A stretch of 64,000 nucleotides of DNA from Glaucostegus cemiculus (taxonomy: Eukaryota): NCBI GenBank assembly GCA_976551045.1, contig CDPCPM010000052.1, forward strand, positions 12,586,001-12,650,000, given 5' to 3'. Positions 22,386 through 33,287 of the stretch are shown here, piece after piece. Under the pieces are notes generated by a model. It was not told where the DNA came from. It worked only from the letters and a program-made list of their open reading frames with translations, and ran no database searches. Within the stretch, counting starts at the first letter, position 1, and every line of letters begins with the position of its first letter. The translations under genes were made by a program, and so were the position numbers.

Positions 22386-24849
22386 ACCACTTCCCAATGA
22401 GAACCAATGCCTAATGAACATGAACCCCACCGGGAATCCTCTGTGCTAATGTAGTTGCAACCCCACACCTCAGTAGGAATCAGTGTCCATGGAACATGTA
22501 CACGAGTGTGTGTCAGTGTCTGTAGATTGAGATATTGGAAGCGGGTGGTCACTCTCTTCTCAAAGTGCTTCACCATTCCTGATGGCTTTCATACAGATCA
22601 CCACATGCCTGAGCTTTGATTGGATGGATTGTTAGCTATCTGCAGGGGCCAGATAAAGTCAAGGAGAAGATACTAGATAGGGGGTGATGGCAGAAAACTC
22701 GGCTGAGTACCTCTCATCCCAAAGGATTTCAGATGATATGGGATCATGGAGTTACAGAGAGATACAGCATGGAAACAGGCCTTTCAGCCCATCGAGTCCA
22801 CACTGATCATCAACCAACCATTTACACTAATCCTATATTAGTCCCAATTGCCTCTATCCTATCTGAGATGGCTGCACATGGACCATGCAGGCAAGCAGCC
22901 TTGAAGCTCTGTGGAGATCAGAGCTGGTGTAGTTAAATGTCATCAAATGCTTTCCAGGGAAGCCAAAGCTTTAAACTGACCGGGTTTTGGGTTGGGGCAG
23001 AGCGGAGATGAAACTGCTCCTCACCTGATGCACAAAGTGAGGCTGCAGTGAACCACGAGTCGTCTTACACCACCATCCATTATCCTGAGCTGAGGAAGTC
23101 AGTAATCTGCCCCAGCCAACCCCACCACTTCACACGTTCTCCCCGGATGACCAGAACTGGAAGGGCACAGAGGTCGCCGAGGATGGATGGGCTGGAGGAG
23201 ATCACGGAGACGGGAAGGGATGAGGTCATGACAGGATTTGAAAATAAGGATGCAGACTGCAAAATCGGAGGCTGTTTGAGTTTGTTTTGGCAGGGGGTCC
23301 TGCAATGCCTCCTGAGACATTCTTCCACATTTCATGAGTGGTATCGATACACCTGTGAACAACACACAATGTGTCACAGTATCCCTGTCCCCACCTTTCA
23401 AACTCTTAGCAATGTAGGAGCAAGTTAAAATTCATCACCTCCTCTGTACTGATAACCCAAGCCAATGTGAGCAAAGATGTGGGTAAGGGTGTAGGTGGCA
23501 AACTGCTTGGCTCCTGATACTTCCTCTGAATCTCTTCATCTGTGAAATGTTAGACTGGGGACTCCTGGCTTTGCTTCCTGCTCTACCAATCTTCCCTCAA
23601 ATTTCTCAACTCCTCACTCTTCCAGTAAACAGGACCTTAAACAACACAATCTTGCTTATTTCCTAATCACTCCTGTGCTTCTCTCGGCTCTCCCTGGTCT
23701 TCCCAGTTTTGTTGTTGATTTAAATTGTATATCTGGGCTTCACAGCTGAAAGGGAGAGAGCTGCAGTGTTAAAAGTCTTCTCCAGAAACACCAGTTTCAC
23801 TGCCGCAAGCTCGGAATGAGTTCCTGAGCAGTCCAGGACTTGGTGATTAGCCTCTCTGTTGGACTGCAAGGATGTGCCAATCATTGCTCGTTGGACCAGA
23901 ATCAACACAGCACTACTCCATGGCCATATGTGCTACTGCAATGCCACAAACAACTTATCTGTAAGCAAGTCAGGTACAATGCAGTTTCCATGGGAACATC
24001 GCTCACCTTTGTTTAGGAAGATTATAGCAACAGCAACTTGCGTTTACCTTGCACTTTGAGTGTAGTTAAGTGTCCCAAGGTGCTTCACGAAAAGCAAAAG
24101 GTGGACATTGAGCCAAGAAAGAGACTTAACACTTGGCCAAGGTGTTTCCTCATGCTCTGCTGATCAGGGTGAAGGACTGGAGTATGGTGCAAGGTCACAG
24201 CCCAAGGTGGTTGAGGTCATAACCATCTAATGATGCTGTTTGTAGACATGCTATCAGAACAGCCCAGATGATGAATTATACGTTGTTCCTACGTTGCTAG
24301 CATTTTCAAAGGCAGGGACAGGGATGCGACACATTGCCTGTACCTGCACGTTCACTGGGCCCCATATCACCCAGGAAGTGTAAGGGAATGTCTCCCAGGG
24401 CATCTCAGAACCCCGTCAAAACAAAAATCACGCAGGCTCTGAGCCAAAGGAGGGAGTTCACGAAAGAAACTGTAAAGGGTCCAGGTAGCCGAGTGGTGAG
24501 GCCAGGGAGGGTCAGTGGGTGATGGAGCTGAAGGAGGTTACAGAGGTAGGAAGGGGAACCATCCATATCATAATTTTGTGATATGATTCATCATCAAGAA
24601 TTGACAAAATTTATTGTTTCTTTTGCATTTTGTATTTAGTTATTTTTTCTCACATAAATTCTTACTTTTTGTTGCTTCTTGATTTTTTTTGTTGGTGATT
24701 TGTCGGTGAATTTACTGCCGTCACATGGGGATACACTCTAAAAGGAGTTGCTGCACTGGAGGCCAATCTCTCTCCCCAAAGGCAGTACATGGGGTCGAGG
24801 CTGTTTTCCTGTGGGTTGTGAGGTGTATGATGAGGACCTGCAGATTCTG

Positions 24850-25570
24850 GCATAAGGGGGTCAGGTGTTTGCTTGACGTGGTGGATGGGTGTGGGAGGGG
24901 GAGAAGTGGGGGGAGTCTGGGAGGTGTATGTCCTTCTGCTGTTTATGCTGGGCTTCTTCACAGATTCGATCTTTGCAAGGACATCCCAGCCAGCTCACCT
25001 CAATTTCGTGCTGGGTCACGGGCCAGAGATCGTCATGAGTTAGTGGGGACGTTGCACCAAAGAGGATTTGTGAACATTGTTGCGGCATTTCCTCTGTTCC
25101 CCAGGCGATCCTAGGCTGTGACCGGACACTGCCTGTCTCATGGGTCTGGGGTCAGCTGCACGAGCGTCGTGGTCTGCCCATCAGAGCCATCGGAGTGTAG
25201 TCATGGCCTCAGTGCTGAGGACACTGGACTGAGGGAGAAGGTCCACAACCCCCAGTGCATCGGGAAAACTTTGCAGAGACACTATGGTGGTATCTCCACA
25301 GTGGTTTGAGTTGCCTCCTGCAGGTGGTTCATGTCTCAGAAGCACTTGGGAGGCAGCGATCACTGCTGCCTGGTAGGCCATGAGCACTCTGCCAGGTTTA
25401 CAGTCTTGATCTTCAAACACCTTTCTCCTCGGGTGGCTAAAGGCTGTGCTGGTGCACTGAAGGCAGCAGTGAGCTTCATCCCCCACCTCTGCCTTCACTG
25501 AGCGGTAGCTGCTAAGATATGGGAAGTAGTTCACGTTTTCCTGACTGTTCTTGTGGGCCTGGATCATTGG
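24850..25570 (-). mobile_element. RTE-clade LINE remnant
   Basis: ENVNYFPYLSS..KAEVGDEAHCCLQCTSTAFSHPRRKVFEDQD..LMAYQAAVI resembles the RTE motif F.YLGS..I..EI..R...A..AF..L...VF. Confidence 0.75.
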
Positions 25571-27029
25571 GGGAGGGGAGGCAGTAGATGATTCACACTG
25601 GTGGCAGGTTATTAGTGGAACTTTAGATCAGATCAGATTAAGTTTATTGTCATATTCACCAGGGTGCAATGAAATTCCTTGCTGACATGAAGCTTGCAGG
25701 GGAAGCAGTGTACATGGTAATAATAATTACAACAATAAATACAGCAATGGGCACAGAAACAATGGAATGGTGCAAAGTAGAGTCATGCAAACTGAAGTGG
25801 TGCAAGAAGAAATGTTACAGTGACAATAATGGGAGAGGTAGAGTTAAGGGCTCGAGAACGTAGCAGCACCGCCAGGAAGGGGATGTGAATTAGCGGACAT
25901 TACATGCAAGGCCCATTCTCAATAAGTTGGAACTTGGCCTCCAACCATATGCAAGGGTCAGCCGCACACTGCAGCTTGATGGCTGCAGACAGAATGGCCT
26001 TGATTCTGGTGGGGAGATGGACAGCTTCCCACACATTCTCTGGATTAGCTCCACTTCAGAGGGAAGCATGTTGGAGGTGAGGGGGAGCCAGACTAAATCA
26101 GTGAAGTGACGGAGAATGGGAGAGTCAGGATGTAGGCAGCAAAACTTTGAATGCGCACGTGTTTAAGTAGGGTGCGTGGAGGGATTCCAGCTCTACGTCT
26201 CAGAGTACCAGAGTCTAGAAGCAGCATAGATGAGGACGATGGTCTCAGTGATGGACAAACTGAGATTGTGGCAGGGACAGGAGATAATACAGAGGAGGAA
26301 GCAAGGGGTCTGTGATGGCACAGTTATAGGGTCAGAAGATCAAAGAGGAAACCGAGGATTTGTTCAGTCTGAGGCAGGGAACAGGCACAAAGGTGACTGA
26401 CTTCTGACTTCCCAATACTTAACCAGAGGAAACTTCCAGTTCTGGATTCTGAATAAACAGCGTGACCAGAGGCCACAGTCGTAGTGGTGCAGAGAGCTCA
26501 GTGTCAGTGCAGCCAGGGCATGTGATGTGTTTGGGTAGCGTTACAGGGCGGGGGAGAGGTAGCTTCTTGATGGGAAGAGGAGGACAAGGAAGGATCCTTT
26601 AGGAAACATGAGAGGTTAGGATCTGAGTCCTGTCTTCATTCTGCCCCATTCCTTCTATCTACTTGCTTACAAACTGTTAAATCTCCAATGTCTATCCTTC
26701 TGATGAAAGTCACTGCACCGCACATCGACTTTTATTTCTTGCTGAGCACTGCCAGCAGTTCCTGTCTTTACTTCAGATTTCCAGCACTTTGTCTCCTGCT
26801 TTCATTTAAAAGAATTCCTCCCCCCTTACTATCCATGGACTGTAGAACAATTGTATTCTCTCTGCCCCAGTGGTTATACAGATGTTTCCCTCTCTCTTAT
26901 TGATTGTATAATTTGCTGAAATCCAATAGTGCTGCAAACTGTGTACAGGAATCAATAATACAAAGTCTATTCCCTTTACCAGGTTTTGCAGTTCCACGAT
27001 TTTATTTGCATTCTAATCTGGGGCTTAGT

Positions 27030-27410
27030 GCATAACACTCATGCTTCTGTGTCAAAAGGCCACGGATTTAAGAACAAATCCAGAGGCTTGAGCACAAAGT
27101 TGATGCGCTTCGTGCAATACTGAGGGCGTGCTGCACTTTCGCAGGCATGCCTTCCAGCCGAGATCTTAAAGTGAAGTCCTGCTATCCTTCTCAATTCAAC
27201 ATGAACACCCCAGAGCAACATTTAGGGAGCCTGGGACTTCTCCCTGGCCAACAGTCACCTTTCAGCCAGAACCACTGAAATTACGCCCATCAGTTCAGTG
27301 TGGATACTTTCACAAAATGGCTGTGGCATTTCCTAATATACGACAGTGACTGGACTTCAGAAGGACTTCAGCAGCTGGGGCACTTTGAGACACACGACAA
27401 CGGAAAAGTT
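27030..27410 (+). mobile_element. DeuSINE-like (SacSINE1-type) element, old
   Basis: GCAATACTGAGGGCGTGCTGCACT core and AAAATGGCTG..ACAGTGACT..ACTTCAGAAG tail. Confidence 0.6.
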
Positions 27411-29237
27411 CACAGGTATTTGCTTGCACTTATACTGACCCTGAAGACTACGTAGCTCCAGTCAAAGCAGCAAAAGAGGCCAGGGAAACTTGTACAATTC
27501 CCCAACTACTTGATGAATTAAAAAAGGAACCATTCGACCGTCTCCAGTTGATGCAGTACATCAGAAGATCCATACTGTCAGACGGAACTGTCCAAATGAA
27601 GCACATTGACACAGAGGATTAGAACTAGGTAGAGAGGGTTTAGTGCAACGTGAAGAACTTGGCCAGCTACAGGTCAGTGTAAATCTATCCAAGCCTTGGC
27701 CACAGAGACTGTGCTGTAAATACTGAATCCACGTGGGATATAAGAGCCCTCATGGAGCATTCTACTGCTGAACAAACAGTGGAAGAAACATTGGGATGGT
27801 CACGGAGCCCAGCGAACAAGGGACGTGGAAATAGCAGAGGTGGAAGAGTCTGCTCCTTTCAGTGTCTGAGCCACCAACTACATTGGGGAAGAGAAGACAG
27901 ACAATATATTTAATTAACTTCACCAAGCAACTAGAGGATGTGTTGAAGATAAACAAGAATGTAGTTTCATGTTTTACTCAATCCTATATGTGGTCTATAG
28001 CCAACCTATGGAGGAAGGACAGAATGAAACAATTTACCCCAGTGATAGGGGGTGTTTCCATTGCCAGACAAGCAGATTACCCAGTGGTGGGGGTGGGGGG
28101 GAGTAATATACGTATACAGTCTATAAAGTGTGTTTCTGAGGCAGCGTTTGGATCACATGAGCATGGTTCCTGATGAACGCAGGATTTAGCATGGATCAGA
28201 AGGGAGTTATACAGATGACAAGATGTCACAGAGTCAAGCTAGAGGGAGGCATGGTCACAGAAGCCCCACAAGCTGAAAAGCCTGGCAGGAGATCACACAC
28301 AAACCAGCTGAGAGGCTGAGGGTATGACTGGTGAAGGGGAGGAGGTACTTTTCCAAATGGAAGAGCAGATCTTCCACTGTTTGCACCTGCAACTTTAGGA
28401 GAGCTCATGATGCAAGGTGACATCTTCACAAGCTGTATATATTGTATCCATCACATGGATGCTCAGCACACCCTGATGTGGCTCCATAATGGGCACTTGT
28501 TTCACCAGTGGCAATACAAAGTTATGGTTCCGTTGTCTGCTGAGTAATTGACTATGTTGAAGACAAGAACACTACAGCACAGAGTATGATCAATACATCA
28601 CGGTCTCCGATCAAATACTTTAATCACCTTAAATACTTTAAGAACATCCTTTAATCTTCTATATTCAAGGGAATAAAGGTGTAATCTGTTACCTAATGAC
28701 TCTCTCTGTGAATCCCTGCTTCACTTGCTAACCAGTAACCTTCTGCTCCCATCCATACTACTCAGTCTCCTACCAGGGTATGTTCAGAAAAATGCAGTAT
28801 CTCTATTCACAGCAGTGCTGGGAGATCAGTCCCTGGGATGGTTGGTAGGTCACACCATTAGACTCATTCTACCAAATGAATACTTGCCTTGCGTCCCTTC
28901 TCTTGGTTTTCTGCCTCCAAACCAATTCCAGCCAACAGGTTACTTCTCATTCCACATCCTCTTATTTTGGTTAATAACCTCTAACGGGGAACCTTGCCAA
29001 ATGCTTTTTGGTGGTCCGTGTGTGTAACCGTTTATCTACCATGTTAGTTACCTTTACAAAAGAAAACATCAACTGTGTCCATCAGACATGACTTACCCTT
29101 TAGACATCCTCGTTGTGTTGTGGTTCTCTGTGACCAGCTGAAACTTGACCAAATGAACATACTCTCCCTAACAACAGATTCTGGAAACTTCTGGTGCTGT
29201 GAATGGATAGGACAGGATTCTTAGTTTCATGAACAGG

Positions 29238-29243
29238 TTTATT
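29238..29243 (-). terminator. Candidate distal poly(A) signal AATAAA
   Basis: TTTATT on plus strand at the end of the AU-rich UTR block. Confidence 0.6.
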
Positions 29244-29499
29244 GGGATCTCAAAATCATTTACAAATTGTCACATGACAGTATTACGCTCTTATTAAAAG
29301 AATCAGGGCCAATAAAAAATACCAAAAAAATCCTCCAACATCTTGTCATTAACAATATTTTAAGTTCAAGTCTTATGTTACTTAAGAAAAATAAAATTAC
29401 AAAAGTTCCATTTAATGCAAAAGCAATGCAGGCTTGGGTAGCAACTGAAGACAGGCTGCCAGAGATGGAGTGAGAGAGGCCAGGAAACAGGTGGTAATG

Positions 29500-29760
29500 G
29501 AGGGGGGGGGGGGTGAATGAGAGAGAGAGAGGGGAAAAGGGAATGAGAGAGAGAGGGCAGGGGAAAGGAATGAGAGAGAGAGGGGAAAATGATTGAGAGA
29601 GATATAGAGGGGAAAAGAGAATGAGAGAGGGGGAAAAGAGAATGAGGGAGAGGGAGAGTGAAAGAGTGAATGAATAAGGGGACTGAGAGGAGTGGTCAAA
29701 GGGCATTGAAGAACATTGCGGAGAGGGGAGATTCTGAGAGAGAGAGTTGGGGGGGAGGGG
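29500..29760. repeat. Purine-rich (GA) low-complexity tract in the 3' UTR
   Basis: GAGAGAGAGGGGAAAAG-type units, almost no pyrimidines on the plus strand. Confidence 0.9.
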
Positions 29761-30435
29761 AACGAAGTACACAGGCCTTTGTGGACAGAGGGAGTGCAGG
29801 AGAACAGTAAACTGAGAACATTGGCAGTGCTTTGTAGTACAGAGGGGGTGTGAGGGGAGAGGCAGGCCAGTCAGTACAGGAATAAGGAGGGTGGAAATGG
29901 GTAAAATCTGCAGATTAAAACAGACCCACAGATCCCAAAGGCCAATGAAACCTTCGAGGGTCAGGCCAGGGCAAAAGGCTTTACTTTTTTAAAAAATGTT
30001 ACAACTTAAAGGAAGTGTGCGCTGGATAATTTCTGAAGCAATTTCCGAATTGCATTTCACTAAGCAATTAAGATTACAGCAAAACACTAGCGCCGTGTTT
30101 CCAACCAATCCTTAAATTACCACTGCGGACGTCCCACGGCAGGTTGTGAGACGCCTGTTCTTAACCTTTAGACAGATAACTAAAATAAAGCACAATTTAC
30201 AAGGGAGGTTTGGGGTGAGGCCCAGTCACATTGAAGGAGATTTTCTCTTAAGTATCTTACGAACGTGTAACTATGTAACAATATGCATAACGCCTATAAA
30301 TCCGGTTGGCAGATGCAGTGGAAAAGTTAGGGAGCCTCAGTCCTTGGCACATTGTTCCAGGAGATCTGCCGTGCCTTGCAAAGAAAATGGTCGGCATTAG
30401 TTGGACAATACAGTACCACACGCAGAACGTGTAAA

Positions 30436-31151
30436 TAGCACCAATTCTTCAGTCCCCCCTCACTGGAGGGGGGAAGAGTCCCCGTTTAGTCCTCGGTGGC
30501 AATGCGTAGCTGAGTGATGCAAAGGACAGGCTGTGAAGAGGTTCTTAACCCTACCCCACCTCCCCTCCCCGTACTTAGCACCCAGGTGGGGTTGTGAAAT
30601 GGAGTTAATGACGAGGAAAGCTCAACATGCTTGGTGCGTCCACTGTCCAGAGACAAAAGCAGCGAGCTGGCTGTGTTTATGTACCGCCAAGTATGTGTTA
30701 CGGAGCCGTGTGCTTTGGTATTGCAGCGTAGCCGGTTTATTAATCCTACGTAACACATTTTATATATTTATATATTTATATATATATTTGCACATTAGGT
30801 AAAATTAAGAGTTAACCTTGTACAGTTTAACAGAGTCACATGCATTGATTTCGAAGCCTGAAGCTGCAGGGAGAATAAAAATATTATACAATAAAATATT
30901 TACTTACAAACGTACAAAAATTTGTTTTTTTTTAAAAGAAATAATAAAATGTCAGCACCATTTCCGAGGAAGGGTTCAATTCAAGACATTTATTTGATGA
31001 GATTTTTTTCTTAAAAAAAGACTATGAATCTGAAGTAAGATTTAAAAAAAAACTGCAGGAAGTACAGAGAGCGTTTGGTCAGCATCAGAAAGACAGAGGC
31101 GGGTGTTAAGAGGTGGGGGCCGTCTCTGGGTCCGCTGCCCCCGAAGCACCA
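30436..31151 (-). promoter_or_regulatory. Four miR-29 seed matches in the 3' UTR (30436-30443 8mer; 30576-30582 7mer-A1; 30954-30960 and 31145-31151 7mer-m8)
   Basis: Plus strand shows TAGCACCA, TAGCACC, AGCACCA and AGCACCA; collagen mRNAs are established miR-29 targets. Confidence 0.7.
30736..30741 (-). terminator. Candidate proximal poly(A) signal AATAAA (a further one at 30989-30994)
   Basis: TTTATT on plus strand following a UA-rich tract in the mRNA. Confidence 0.45.
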
Positions 31152-31444
31152 GCTCCGGCTCTACCTTTCCGAGGCTGACCGCCAGGGCGATCAGGCGGAG
31201 ACTCCGCGCAACTCGGGGCTGCGAATCAATAGTTTGGGGTCCATCGAATTTTCCGCCGGGCTGGTCAGTGGCGGTAGGGGAGGGGGTGATGGCCGAGAGG
31301 TTCATTACGAGATGAAGTCTTCCTTTCCGAAGAGTCAGTTTAGAGTCGGACAACAGCTCCATGCCCTGCAGTCTCTGAGATCGCACGTCTTAAATCTGCA
31401 CATTGAGGTTACAGTGTTGTTCGCTTTGCAGACTTTCATTCTTC

Positions 31445-31447
<3 letters not shown>

Positions 31448-31488
<41 letters not shown>
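31448..31488. repeat. (TG)~20 microsatellite just downstream of the stop codon; (CA)n in the mRNA
   Basis: Read directly. Confidence 0.97.
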
Positions 31489-31489
<1 letters not shown>

Positions 31490-31530
31490 CAGGCATTTTT
31501 TTTATCAGTAAAGTTTCGATATGGTTTCTT

Positions 31531-31677
31531 TTATCCCACGAAACAGACAGGTCCAATTTCAAAGCCGAATTTCTGACCCGACTCTCCAAAGTCATTGAAC
31601 ATGATGTCGATGAACGGCAGCTGCTCCACTTTGGGGGTGTTGATTTCCAATATCGTCTTCTGATATCCCTTCTTCGA
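31531..31677 (-). CDS. COL5A1: COL5A1 last coding exon (~66), [48 protein letters not shown]
   Basis: CTGCAG acceptor; COLFI C-terminal motif [10 protein letters not shown]; TAA at 31531-31533. Confidence 0.97.
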   Translation of the reverse strand, partial: SKKGYQKTILEINTPKVEQLPFIDIMFNDFGESGQKFGFEIGPVCFVG

Positions 31678-32244
31678 CTGCAGAGAGCAAGGACAAGCAG
31701 AAAAAGAGGCAGGTTAGGAAGCGACCTGGGAGAGTTACAAACAAGTCCTGACATGTGATTGGGCAAAATCTGCCCCTTAACACAAAGTCAGAAAGGCACT
31801 GCAGTGCTAACTGTTCGATTTGAGTGATGACTGCGAGGGATGTTGGTTTTGGTAACAGAGCTGTTTCTATCCCAGGATAGTCCCGACACTCTCGGGGAAG
31901 GGGTGGTGGATCTGCCCCATTCTCAGGGACCACCCACCTTCTGCTCTAGGGAGACTCAAGACTGCAGATGCCGGAATCTGGAGCAACAAACAAGATGCTC
32001 AGTGGGTCAGGCAGCATCTGTGGGGGGGGGGGGGTTGTGGGGGTGAAGGTGGGGATAGACAGTCGACGTTCTGCTCTAGTGTGGAGTTACTTCAACTCAC
32101 TCCGGCCTCAGTGACACTGCCCATCCATGCTGACTCTAGCATTCCACCTTGTGCTTACACAAAGGCCTACTGGGATAGAGCCAGGAATGGGAGGCTGCGG
32201 TTAATGTGGGAAGGAGACCACAACCTTGCAAAAATGATAAGATT

Positions 32245-32700
32245 AGTGTGGGCACAGGGCCAGAGAGGGTCCCCAACTGGAATGGGTGCAGGGTTAGTGT
32301 GGGTGTCAGGGGCAGAGAGGGTCCCTGACCGGAGTGGGTGCAGGGTCAGTGTGGGTGCAGGACTAGTGTGGGTGTCAGGGGCAGAGGGGGTCCTGACTGG
32401 AGTGGATGCAGGGTCAGTGTGGGTGCAGGGTTAGTGTGGGTGTCAGGGGCAGAGAGGGTCCCTGACTGGAGTGGGTGCAGGGTCAGTGTGGGTGCAGGAC
32501 TAGTGTGGGTGTCAGGGGCAGAGAGGGTCCCTGACTGGAGTGGGTGCAGGGTCAGTGTGGGTGCAGGACTAGTGTGGGTGTCAGGGGCAGAGAGGGTCCT
32601 GACTGCAGTGGGTGCAGGGTCAGTGTGGGTGCAGGAATAGTGTGGGTGTCAGGGGCAGAGAGGGTCCTGACTGGAGTGGGTGCAGGGTCAGTGGGTGTCA
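32245..32700. repeat. 68-69-bp G-rich minisatellite in the last intron, about 6 copies
   Basis: AGGGTCAGTGTGGGTGCAGGACTAGTGTGGGTGTCAGGGGCAGAGAGGGTCCCTGACTGGAGTGGGTGC. Confidence 0.95.
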
Positions 32701-33053
32701 GGATGGGGTGGACACCAAATCGTGTGGGTGCTGGGATGGAGTGGGCGAGTGCTGGGATTGGATGTGCTGAGTGTAGGGATAGGGTGGGTGTAGGAAATAG
32801 TGGGGTGGATTCAGTGATAGAGTAGCTGGAGGATTAGTCTGGATGCAGCGATGGGATGGGAGCAGGAACCACTGGTTGCTTCCTTCATGTACCCAAGCTA
32901 GACGTGTAGCTCTTACTGTTGCCACCGGAACCCACAGCAGACCAGACACTACACAGCCTCACGTTCAGTCTGTGTGAAAGATTAATGTGCAGCCAGCGGC
33001 TTCATGAAGTTAGAGAAACCTTTCAGCTACGTGGAAGAGGAGGAGGCACTCAC

Positions 33054-33287
33054 TGCACATTTGTCCATGACGGCTTGGATATAGGGGTTATTGTCATATG
33101 ACATCTCCTCGTCATTCGAGCCCAGGAAGCGAATGGCCTTGTCGTAACTGTCCGTGGTCGAGTCGTACCAGGCCACTGTCTGATGGCAGTTGTAAGTGAG
33201 GTTCTGATGGGCGGACGCACTCAACAGCCGGAGGAAGGTCATCTGCACCACCCCGATGGGATTGCCTTCTGCGTCTGCGTAGGAAAG
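33054..33287 (-). CDS. COL5A1: COL5A1 C-propeptide exon (~65), 234 nt
   Basis: [34 protein letters not shown]...[10 protein letters not shown]; CAG/GTGAGT. Confidence 0.97.

Larger units (their letters stand above)
29220..31530 (-). other. COL5A1: COL5A1 3' UTR (about 2.3 kb, distal end inferred)
   Basis: Transposon-poor AU-rich stretch after the stop codon, ending at an AATAAA; a LINE-like remnant starts just beyond it. Confidence 0.65.

Noticed and set aside
21298-22576. His/Trp/Cys-rich repeat ORFs (THTDPHWG, VRVSVCG)
   Set aside because: Minisatellite translations in several frames; frame shifts with TG-run length.
31075-31758. 227-aa plus-strand ORF
   Set aside because: Antisense to the last COL5A1 exon and UTR, runs through the TG microsatellite, and has no recognisable domain.
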